Shown here: piece after piece, positions 1 to 9,009 of the stretch | Position numbering within the stretch: position 1 is the stretch's first letter | Layout of the letters: each line of letters starts with the position of its first letter | Assembly (NCBI GenBank): GCA_947627295.1 | Contig: CANQVJ010000004.1 | Coordinates: 2,469-66,468, forward strand | From: an uncultured Clostridia bacterium | GTDB lineage: Bacteria; Bacillota; Clostridia; TANB77; CAG-508 | Reading direction: 5' to 3' | DNA: 64,000 bases | Notes under the pieces: model-generated | What the model saw: the letters and a program-made list of their open reading frames with translations, nothing else | The model's database searches: none | What the model was told of the DNA's origin: nothing | Translations under genes and position numbers: made by a program

Positions 1-1120
1 CATAACGACCACCACCGATTTCACTCCAACCGCCGTCAACACCATAAACTGTAACCATTGTTCCCTTTAGCAAAGAGCCTATTATGTCTCCGTTTGGTGC
101 GTTTCTAATACTTAAATTTTTACTTTCCGTTGCTACATATCTTGTATATGAACTTCCTGCAACATAATTGTTTCCTGCTCCTTTATCGTTTGAATATATC
201 CAGAAGTTTTTATAATTTGCGTATCTTGAAAAATTGCTTTCACTGACATAAACTGTATTTCCGCTAACACTTGCTTTTCCACGCCTTGAAGCAATATCAA
301 ACTTGCCACTATAAAGGTATGGGTCAAATACTGATATTGTTCCATTATTGTCAGCTACAAGAACGATATAGTGTCCACCAGTTGTAAATAAACCTGAACC
401 ACAACTAGCAATTATGTAGTAGTCTGCGTTTCCGTCATGGTCGTTATCTGTTTTTAAATAATTAAGCATAGCGTTGAAATTAGATGTTGAGTGATATTCA
501 TTAAAACCGAAATAATCTGCTACGAACGAATAATATGCCCACGCTGTTCCATTGCCTGCAGTTCTATAACCATTATCAACTGCTAAGCTGGCCATTGTTG
601 TTGGTAGAATTGAACCTTTAGAACTTGACACTACCATTGCAGCCGAAGTAGGTCCACAAGCACTTGATTTCATTGTTTGGCTTCTATCTCCTATGCTTGA
701 ATACATTACATTAGCCCACCTGCTATCTGCCTGTGAGTAATAAGTTAGTCCTTGATAAGCTCCTAATAGGTTTTGCCCATTACCTGTATTTGTTCCGTCA
801 TAGCTAATATTCTCTTGTTCAACTTGAGCATCAGGTTCAAGTTCTAGTTCTTTCTCTTCCGCTTCTGTACTTTCAATTTCCTCTTTTGTAGATATGTCCT
901 GTCCTTCTGAAACCTCTTCTTTTGTTTCTTCTGCAGAATTTACAGTTTCTTCTGACAAATTGATTTCATTATGCAAAAGTTCCTGTGAAACATCCGTTGC
1001 TCCTTTTAGAGCTTGCTGTTGCAACTCTTTATCGTCTGTACATACAAAAGTAATGATAACAGCAGTTAAAGTTAATAGAAATGCTAATATAGCACACAAT
1101 TTTTTGTTAGATTTATGCAT
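1..1120 (-). CDS. Endolysin/cell-wall hydrolase: N-terminal hydrophobic anchor, C39-like peptidase and SH3-like domain (runs off the window edge; absent from ORF track)
   Basis: Manual translation from ATG 1120 (RBS GGAGG): YYSQADSRW...SACGPTSAAMVV...GGHYIVL...VFDPY, then NLSIRNAPNGDIIGSLLKGTMVTVYGVDGGWSEI. Confidence 0.8.
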   Translation of the reverse strand, partial: MHKSNKKLCAILAFLLTLTAVIITFVCTDDKELQQQALKGATDVSQELLHNEINLSEETVNSAEETKEEVSEGQDISTKEEIESTEAEEKELELEPDAQVEQENISYDGTNTGNGQNLLGAYQGLTYYSQADSRWANVMYSSIGDRSQTMKSSACGPTSAAMVVSSSKGSILPTTMASLAVDNGYRTAGNGTAWAYYSFVADYFGFNEYHSTSNFNAMLNYLKTDNDHDGNADYYIIASCGSGLFTTGGHYIVLVADNNGTISVFDPYLYSGKFDIASRRGKASVSGNTVYVSESNFSRYANYKNFWIYSNDKGAGNNYVAGSSYTRYVATESKNLSIRNAPNGDIIGSLLKGTMVTVYGVDGGWSEIGGGRY

Positions 1121-1466
1121 TTTGTATTCCTCCTTTCTCATTTAAATTTTTATGTTGTTCTTTAATGTACTCAATTTCATTTTCAATATAATGATTTTTT
1201 AATTTAAACCTACTAACGATTTCTTCATACTTCTCATAAATGTCATATATTGCTTGAAATTCATCTCTTGTTTTTATAACGCCCCTTCTTAAAGATGATG
1301 CAAAATTGCAAATTTCCAAACGATATTGAACACGATCATTGTCATACAATCCCTTCAATTTACTATCTAGTATTTTATTAAATGCTTTAATGATGATTCC
1401 GCCTAATGTACTCAAAGAAAGGATGAGAGCAATGATAACTTGAATATTGCTAATATCCTTCATCAT
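1113..1466 (-). CDS. Holin-like small membrane protein
   Basis: Single N-terminal TM helix, directly upstream of the lysin. Confidence 0.5.
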   Translation of the reverse strand: MMKDISNIQVIIALILSLSTLGGIIIKAFNKILDSKLKGLYDNDRVQYRLEICNFASSLRRGVIKTRDEFQAIYDIYEKYEEIVSRFKLKNHYIENEIEYIKEQHKNLNEKGGIQNA

Positions 1467-1975
1467 TTTTCCTCGCTTTCTTTTATTGGTTTTTTAGGAA
1501 ATTCAACCTCATAGGGAAATCCAGGTTGCTGTGGAATATCTCTTAATGCTTGTCTATATTTTGCCATTTTTCCTATTAATAGGTTTCCTATACCTTTTAA
1601 GAAATCTATCCAATTTGTAAAACTGCTTCCTTCTGGTATTTCTAGTCCAATTCTATCTAAACACATCTCTGCATCTGTTTCCTTAAGCAGTTTGTCTCTT
1701 TTTTCTCTCACTTCTGAAGCTAATTGTTCATATTCGCAATCCTTCGCAAATTCGAGCCAACTTTCAAAGTTCTTTTCAATTTCTTCTTTCAAGTTGTCTC
1801 GATTAAATACTGTAATTGTATATACATCATAGGTATATCCTTTTGATTTTTTCTCACTATCAACTTCAGCTATCTCTAGCTCCTGAATATTGTCAAAAAA
1901 AGAAACGGTTACTTTTCCGTTTCCTAAATCTTCTATTAAATATTTATTTGGCTTTAAATCGCTTCCTGCTCTCAT
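1463..1975 (-). CDS. Phage tail fibre assembly chaperone
   Basis: C-terminal VREKRDKLLKETD...YRQALRDIPQQPGFPYEVEFP motif. Confidence 0.75.
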   Translation of the reverse strand: MRAGSDLKPNKYLIEDLGNGKVTVSFFDNIQELEIAEVDSEKKSKGYTYDVYTITVFNRDNLKEEIEKNFESWLEFAKDCEYEQLASEVREKRDKLLKETDAEMCLDRIGLEIPEGSSFTNWIDFLKGIGNLLIGKMAKYRQALRDIPQQPGFPYEVEFPKKPIKESEEK

Positions 1976-2999
1976 TTTTTATCACTCCTTTACATTTATT
2001 CATATTTATGTATGGTTTTATATATTTCTGTCTAAAATTAAACGAATCGCAATGTTTAAGCCACCCATTGTAGCTAAAAACTGCAGAGGCATCAGTATAG
2101 TTTATACTTCTTTTTTTCGATATTTTTTTGATTCTTCTCTTAATTCTTAAAAAATTACTCCTCCTTAAAGTGGTATATCCTCTATAAAAGCGATACCCTA
2201 AAAAGTCTAGTGGTCTACTATCGACTTTAAATAGTTGCCAGTTTTCTTTAAGTTTTAGATCCTCTTTTTGCAAATACTGCTCTATATCTTTTCTTATTTG
2301 ATGTAGCTTCTTTTTATTTCTATGGAAAAGAACCATATCGTCCATATATCGTACATAATAAGGTATTTTTAATTGTTCTTTTATATAGTGGTCTAAATTC
2401 TGTAGATAGAAATTTGCAAACCATTGCGAGGTATAGTTGCCAATAGGAACACCTTTTTCAACGCTATCTACAATTAAATCAATCAAATCTAGCGTGTTTC
2501 TATCTGCAATAATCCTTCTGAATTTCTTCTTTAGTATTTCTTTATTTATATTTGGATAAAACTTCTTAATGTCTAATTTCAAGCAGTATTTTGTATTTTT
2601 TCTATCCCTAACCAACACTTTTTTTAAATACTTCATACCATGGGAAATACCTCTATTTTTCACGGAACCACAGCAATAATCATACATACCTCTACTTATT
2701 AACTTTTCAATTTGTTGCATTAAACACCAATGAATACATTGGTCAGGATAAAATTTTGGTTTGTAGATTACTCTTACTTTTTTTCTTACGCCGTCGTGGA
2801 TTTTCATTTTTTCATATTCATTTGGAACATACTCTTTTTTCAAAAGCATCTTTTGTAATTGCTCTGAATAATAGTCCATATTATTAATTATTATTTTTAC
2901 TTTTTTCCTCTGTCTTTTCCCCTTAGAGGCATTCCAAATAGCCTTTTTTATATTGTCAATTTCAACAATTTTTTCATAAATATTCTTTTCTGTTTTCAT
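1944..2999 (-). CDS. DGR reverse transcriptase (DGR1, prophage)
   Basis: LKLDIKKFY, GVPIGNYTSQWFANFYL, YVRYMDDM, DFLGY motifs; 351 aa with no maturase/endonuclease domain; adjacent TR/VR pair. Confidence 0.95.
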   Translation of the reverse strand: MKTEKNIYEKIVEIDNIKKAIWNASKGKRQRKKVKIIINNMDYYSEQLQKMLLKKEYVPNEYEKMKIHDGVRKKVRVIYKPKFYPDQCIHWCLMQQIEKLISRGMYDYCCGSVKNRGISHGMKYLKKVLVRDRKNTKYCLKLDIKKFYPNINKEILKKKFRRIIADRNTLDLIDLIVDSVEKGVPIGNYTSQWFANFYLQNLDHYIKEQLKIPYYVRYMDDMVLFHRNKKKLHQIRKDIEQYLQKEDLKLKENWQLFKVDSRPLDFLGYRFYRGYTTLRRSNFLRIKRRIKKISKKRSINYTDASAVFSYNGWLKHCDSFNFRQKYIKPYINMNKCKGVIKNESRKRFKAK

Positions 3000-3140
3000 A
3001 TTAAATCCTAATATTTTCTTATTTTTGTCTGTCAGTTTTTCGACTTAAAAGAAGCTACTAAACCGACCCAGTTCGACTAATTTTCAGCAAGGGCTGAGGA
3101 AGATGATGTGCAATGCTTTAATTGTTATTCCAAAAATAAA

Positions 3141-3240
3141 AACACGGCAACCACAAGTCCAATACGCAGTACCCGACGGATTGTTCAAAGTCCAATACCA
3201 AAGACCTGCATTAGCGCCAGTGTACAAGTAGCCACCCACA
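3141..3240 (-). repeat. DGR1 template repeat (TR), atypical
   Basis: 100-bp copy of 3387-3486 with 12 mismatches (7 at TR adenines, 5 not); lies between target gene and RT. Confidence 0.85.
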
Positions 3241-3341
3241 AACAAAACAAAAGCTGTGGCACTGACACATCAAATCCCTTTTCTGTTGTATTATATACTA
3301 TTAAAAAAAATAAAATAACTACTTTATAAAATAGGTATTCC

Positions 3342-3362
3342 CTGGAGGCTGACCGCCCCCAG
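3342..3362 (-). promoter_or_regulatory. GC-rich hairpin just 3' of the DGR1 VR (target-recognition hairpin)
   Basis: CTGGGGGC-GGTCA-GCCTCCAG, starting about 10 nt after the stop codon of the target gene. Confidence 0.7.
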
Positions 3363-3371
3363 ACCCCCGTT

Positions 3372-6327
3372 TTACTGGTATTTAAGAACACGGCAACCAC
3401 AACTCCAATTCGCAGTACCCGACGGATAGCTCAAAGTCCAAGACCAAAGACCCGCAAGAGCGCCACCGTTCAAGTGGCCACCCACACGGACAGACCTGTT
3501 TCCAACCGAGTTCCAATTGTAGTCGCACATATAAGTTGTTGATGATGTTCCTGTTTCGTTTGTTTTTGTTGGAAATGCAATTAATGGATGTGCCTCATCA
3601 TAACCTAATTCTTTTATATATCCGCTTTCAGCTTCTGCGTCTTTATACCCTAGCTTCGTATAAGGCTTTTTAAATACATCACTTACATATTGTTCAGGGT
3701 CATAGCAGACATATGCCTGACGATCTTGAATATTGATACTGTCAAGCCATTGATATACATGGCCAAAAATGTCTTCAATATATCTATATGCAACAGAATA
3801 TCTTCCGTTATTGTTCATAACACCTGACGGAGATTTTAAATTGTCACTACCACCAGTTAATTGAGGAGATGACCACACTATATTATTAACCTCGATAGCA
3901 ACTGGGTCGCCGTCAAACACTATTTCTTTTCCTGCAACATCACCTTCAGAATAATCATTTATAGCAGTTATAACCCTATCTCTGGCAACATTGTATTGTC
4001 CATTAGCCGTTTTTCCTATTGATATTCTTTGACCTATAACAAAACTGTTTCCAGATGCCGTATTAATTACAATTCTATTTGTGCTTTCTTCTGCAATCAA
4101 TGCCTTGTCATTGTCAGTTACTCTAAGATTGACCATACCATTTCCAAGAGCACTTTGTGAATTAAATGTTGCATATTCAACCAAATATAGAACTTGTATT
4201 GCGAAATATCGCCAGTCCATTAAGCAATAGCCACTACCCAATTTCTCTTTAACTATATTCCTATATGTAACAATTGATTTTTCTCCTGCAACTAACAAGC
4301 CACTGTAACTGTGAAGATTGCCGTCAGTTCCATAATTAGCTAGGTATTTCATTATACTAAATTCTTTTACTTCTGTATATCCTGATTTTGCGTAATCTGC
4401 AATAGAATATCCAATATGTGTTTCATCTATTTTCCAAACCCTAACCCAAAATGTAGGAATACGAACATATACTTCTCCATTACTTCCGTCTAATGCAAAG
4501 TCAGGATCGCCTAACCATGCTTTTATGTCTCCAGTTGATGTGTCTAAATTAAACGGTTTTATTCCTGCCCATGGCCAGACATTGTCAAAATCATTTTCTA
4601 CCGCTTCTCCATTTTTTGTCGCATTTGCTACCATACCAACTGCATCATCTGCTCTTTCTAATGTTGGTGTGCTGGTTGAAGTATCATATATTGCAGTATA
4701 TACGTGTCCTCGTGTTGCTATTTCTTTCTTTATTTTTTCTATTTCCTCTGTATTAGTCTTCGATGTTCCTTTTAATTCTTCTATATCTTCATTTTGAGTA
4801 CTTTGTTCTTTTTCAATTGTGTCTAATCTTGTTTTTATTTCTTGAACTTCTTTATTAATATTTTCCACTGTTTCATCGAATGTTTCTTGACCTACAAGTC
4901 CGTCAATTAAAGCACCAACAGGAACTTCAATTTCATTTCCATTATCTAAAACTAAAATTATCTTGTTACTTTCAAATCTACCATTTACAACCATAGTTTC
5001 TAATGGTAAGTCTATTGTTTTTAAATCTAATTGTTCTTCTTTAGAATTTAATAATTTTAAAGTTAGTATGTATGTTTTAGAATCAACTTCCAAACTTAAT
5101 TTGTTCCCTGCTTTATCCTCTAACTCCATTAATGCTTTATTAATTTTAGTATCTTCATTTTTTAAATTAGTTATATCTTCTTTTATGTCTGTGTCATCAT
5201 AATTATGCAATCCTTCTACTGTTGTTTCTAATTCTTGAATTGCACTGTCCTGAGTGGTGTCGTTTTCTTGTAGGCTAGATATATCATTATTTTGGGTTGT
5301 TTGTTCGCTTTTAATTGTATCAATTTCTTTTTTTAGTCCTTCCACTTCTTCATTAGCTTTCTCGTATTGAACACTTAAATAAGCAACTGGGTCAGTACCA
5401 TTTGCCTCTGCTTTATATTTATTAGTTCCCTTCAATATCTTTAACTGCTTAATTTTGTTGTATGCTGTTTGCTGATTTGAATTAAAAGGTATAATCTCTG
5501 GTGTATCTTTAACTCTTAAAGCCTCTGTAAGGGTTGTTCCTTCTCCTGTTTCTTCTAAAACTCTTACTATTCCTTTGTCACTTAAATAGTCGTATTCTGT
5601 ACTACTTCTTCTTGCTAATCCTTTACCACTAAATGGGAAGGTTATTGTTTGCTGGTTAGAACCATTTAATGAGTGGCTGATATTTATTCCTGTGGTGTCG
5701 CCTGAGTTGATTACTGTTGTAACAGATTCGCCTTCTGTAAGTTTGAAATCAGAAAATGTTGCTGTACCTTTACCTATTATAAGTTTTAATATTAACTCTT
5801 TTTCTTCTTGAATTTCGAGTGTTGTTGTGCTTGTATTTTTTGTAATACGATACGTTGAAAGATTTTGATTTTCAATAGTATTAAAAAATACCATAGCCCC
5901 ATTTAAATCTTCCATATCAGTTTCAATTTTTCCTGTTAAAATATATTTTCCTGGTTGTTTCTTTCCTAAACTAATAGTGCTTTGTGTAAAGCCGTAAAAT
6001 ACCTTCTGAACTTACCGTGATTTTTGATTTACTTGTTTTTGTTATTTCCATATCGGTAGTTTCGTTAAATTGTGTTAAGTCTATTTCTATACTATTTTCG
6101 TTTGTCTCTATCTTACTGTTTCCCCCAATAATAAACTCCTTAAATTCTCTTTGAGAACTACTTTCAATTGTGATTTCTTGGCCACTTTGACTATCGTAAT
6201 CCTCGTTCATAATATCTTTTATATCTAGGTCAATTGCCTCTGCTAAACTTTTGATGTCTTTTGGCACATCAGCGTCTAAATTATAGTCGCTAGGGTAGGG
6301 ATAACCCCTATTAATTGTTTTTCCCAT
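3372..6327 (-). CDS. Tail fibre/receptor-binding protein, DGR1 target; 984 aa if CGGC at 5994-5991 is read as one codon (ORF track splits it into 5971-6327 and 3372-5915)
   Basis: RBS only before ATG 6327; +1 frame open from 5990 into the 847-aa ORF; coiled coil plus C-terminal CLec-like domain with VR. Confidence 0.85.
3387..3486 (-). repeat. DGR1 variable repeat (VR) at the C-terminus of the tail fibre
   Basis: Encodes VGGHLNGGALAGLWSWTLSYPSGTANWSCGCRV, a C-type-lectin-like VR; aligns to 3141-3240. Confidence 0.92.
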
Positions 6328-6328
6328 T

Positions 6329-6499
6329 TCAATTCTCCTTTCCTATTAAATCATTGTATTTTAATTCTTTTGCTTGAGCATATGTGTACTTTTTAAGTAA
6401 CGCATAATTTAATTTATCTAAAATTTTAATTTTGAGCTTAAAATAAGAACCAGTGCGTATTACGTTTGGTTCTACTAAAATTTCTTGGATTTTGTTCAT
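6329..6499 (-). CDS. Small tail-region protein (56 aa, not in ORF track)
   Basis: ATG 6499 abuts the previous stop and has GGAG upstream; translation MNKIQEILVEPNVIRTGSYFKLKIKIL... Confidence 0.6.
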   Translation of the reverse strand: MNKIQEILVEPNVIRTGSYFKLKIKILDKLNYALLKKYTYAQAKELKYNDLIGKEN

Positions 6500-8209
6500 T
6501 TAATTGTTCTCCTTCATAAGTTTGTCTAGGAAGCCAACTCTGATGCTTCCACAGGTATATGAAATCGCTCTTGATTTTGTGATTTTAACGGCTGATATAT
6601 AGGTATCTACTACAGATCCGTCTTTTGTTTTTATTGATATAGGCGTTCCAACTGGAATTAAGTCTCCTATCATATCAAAAGAAATATTATGGTTGTATCT
6701 GTTTCCCTGTATAGTATCTAGTGCTTTTTGTCTAGCTTCTTTGTAGTCGTCCACATATATTGTTTCACTTCTTCCTCTTGCTCTATTAGCATCTCCTTCG
6801 TTGGTTGTTGTAGTTCTATCTGTTTTTAAATACAAATTGTATTCATCGGTTTTAGTTAAAACCTTGACACTTGCTACAATATTTGTTTCAAAAACCTCAT
6901 TATAATTAAAAATAGGATGAGCTTTGACATCTAACAATATCCTATCTAGTTCTTTATTTTCAATATCTATAAGTAAATGAGTGCCTTGAAAATGTCCTCC
7001 CCAATGTTCAATATAAAATTTATATCTAATACCATACATTTGAGTACAGTTGTTCATAAATGTTTTTAAATTAAATAAGTTACTATTATCGTCTACAACA
7101 CTTGTTTTTAATTTTGTAGCTGTCAGCGCCAAAGGAAGCATAGATATACTAAACGGAATATTAGCATTTACCATTTCTTCTGCTAAAAAACTCTCTAATC
7201 CTTCACTTTCAATATCGTATTTATATTGCCTTTCTAAATACCATTTTTGATTTATGTCTGTTTTCGTTTTGTTTGTAAACAAAATAACATTTGTTCCTTC
7301 TTTTGGACTATTGTCATTGACATCTAGTACATAATTTTCGTTTTGTTTTGAGAAAATTTTGTACGCATCACTATCTTCACATTTTCTTAATCCCCACCTT
7401 TGATTTTTGTTGGTAGGTTCCGTATGCCATAAATGAATATTTGTTCTATCTACTGCAGAATCTCCACTAAAAGCTACTTTTTTATTATCAGGAGAAGACA
7501 GAGGTTCTATAATAAACCAACTATTAAAAAGGTCTTCGTCAAATATTTTCGTAATACGAAATCTTTGATTGTCTACATTGTGCTCGGTCCATATTATTAT
7601 ATTTGTTCCGTCTGAATTTTCATTTAAACAAACATCAAGTACTTTACTTGTATCAAGTGCACTTTTTATAAGGTAAACTCCGTTATCAAAAGAAGATTCT
7701 TCAACAGTTGAATTTTTTCTTAATGGTACATTTGTATCAAAAAGATTGATTATGTATTTTAAAGTGTACCTATAGATACCATTGTCAAATTCTATATTAT
7801 CAATAATGCCCCAATATACTGCTCTTCCGTTCTTTTTAATTAATACTAAATCATCAGCCTTAGCATTTGTATTTTTTAAAACATTTGCTGATGAGGTTAC
7901 ATTTGTTTCATCGTCAATATTGATTTCGTAGTCATCCATAATTTCAACGACATCTTTAATTGATAGGTTTACACCGTCTAGAATCCACATAAATGCCTTA
8001 TCTATTTCTATTTTCTCAGGCTGTCTTAAAAATACCAATATTTCTTTTTGAGTTTTTTCTATTGTTCCAAATTCATTTGTATAAGTAATGTCAGTAAAAG
8101 TCATCCCTCCAACATCTGGAGCGCGTATTGTAGCTTCATAATATCCTGAACTTTTGTTGTAGGTAGCTTCATAAGTACTGCCATTATATTTTATTGATAC
8201 ACTTTTCAT
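6500..8209 (-). CDS. Baseplate hub/Tal-like tail protein with inserted ricin-type beta-trefoil lectin domain
   Basis: Position after Dit; repeats VLDV...GTNIIIW...NQRF, TNIHLW...NQRW, VLDV...GTNVILF...NQKW. Confidence 0.75.
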   Translation of the reverse strand: MKSVSIKYNGSTYEATYNKSSGYYEATIRAPDVGGMTFTDITYTNEFGTIEKTQKEILVFLRQPEKIEIDKAFMWILDGVNLSIKDVVEIMDDYEINIDDETNVTSSANVLKNTNAKADDLVLIKKNGRAVYWGIIDNIEFDNGIYRYTLKYIINLFDTNVPLRKNSTVEESSFDNGVYLIKSALDTSKVLDVCLNENSDGTNIIIWTEHNVDNQRFRITKIFDEDLFNSWFIIEPLSSPDNKKVAFSGDSAVDRTNIHLWHTEPTNKNQRWGLRKCEDSDAYKIFSKQNENYVLDVNDNSPKEGTNVILFTNKTKTDINQKWYLERQYKYDIESEGLESFLAEEMVNANIPFSISMLPLALTATKLKTSVVDDNSNLFNLKTFMNNCTQMYGIRYKFYIEHWGGHFQGTHLLIDIENKELDRILLDVKAHPIFNYNEVFETNIVASVKVLTKTDEYNLYLKTDRTTTTNEGDANRARGRSETIYVDDYKEARQKALDTIQGNRYNHNISFDMIGDLIPVGTPISIKTKDGSVVDTYISAVKITKSRAISYTCGSIRVGFLDKLMKENN

Positions 8210-8220
8210 TTAAAGCCTCC

Positions 8221-9009
8221 TTATACTGTTTCAAAATATTTAAAAATTGTTAAACTTCCACTTGTTGCATTTGTTGAAATTCTTGATTTTCTGTTTTTAG
8301 GTAACCTTATAACAAAGTCTTTGTTTTCAAAATCTTCTGTAGAAATAACATCAAAATTATATAGATTTTCTGAAGTTCCGTCTGATTTTATTTTTTCAAA
8401 ACAAAACTCATTTTCTTTTGTGTTGTATAAAAACATTTCTCCGCTTTCAACTTCTGTTGTGAACAATAAATCTTGTTGCAAGTCATTATCCACATAAAAA
8501 TCTATTGAAGGATCAGTTATTGGTCCATACATTTGTAATAAAATTGGAGCATCGGCGTGTCCGTCGTTTGTAAATTCTATATCTTTCCCGTTTAACATAT
8601 AATCAAATTGCTGATACCAAGGTGTCAATAAATCAAAACTGATTGGTTCACTGATAGCACCTGTTGTTTGCTTTTCTGTTTTATCTAAAGTACTAATGTT
8701 AATGTCTCTATAAAATGGTCTAGCACCATCTTCATAAGGCACTACATAATATAATTTTAATTTACTTGAACTTTCTATAAAATTAACTAAATCTCTAAAA
8801 TTAGAATATTTTAAAGTGTTTATTGTTCCATTAAAAACGCCTTGTTGTATATCGCTTTTTGTTGGAATAAATGTATTTTGAACTTTTCCATATTCATTTT
8901 CTCTTAATATTCCAAGTCCTGAAGGTTCTGTCAGTAAACAGTATTTTTCTATATCCATTAGAGAATATTCTAAATTATCTTCATTAACAAGTCCAAATTG
9001 TCTTACCAT
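8221..9009 (-). CDS. Distal tail protein (Dit)
   Basis: Directly downstream of TMP; FDLLTPWY and FTNDGHADAP motifs. Confidence 0.7.
   Translation of the reverse strand: MVRQFGLVNEDNLEYSLMDIEKYCLLTEPSGLGILRENEYGKVQNTFIPTKSDIQQGVFNGTINTLKYSNFRDLVNFIESSSKLKLYYVVPYEDGARPFYRDINISTLDKTEKQTTGAISEPISFDLLTPWYQQFDYMLNGKDIEFTNDGHADAPILLQMYGPITDPSIDFYVDNDLQQDLLFTTEVESGEMFLYNTKENEFCFEKIKSDGTSENLYNFDVISTEDFENKDFVIRLPKNRKSRISTNATSGSLTIFKYFETV

Noticed and set aside
1944-2999. Group II intron or retron interpretation of the RT genes
   Set aside because: Short RTs with the DGR-type G-x-x-x-SQ motif, no maturase domain, and adjacent TR/VR pairs
3108-3400. ORFs 3108-3329 (+) and 3185-3400 (-) as accessory genes
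   Set aside because: They overlap TR, hairpin and VR, lack an RBS and have no recognisable motif
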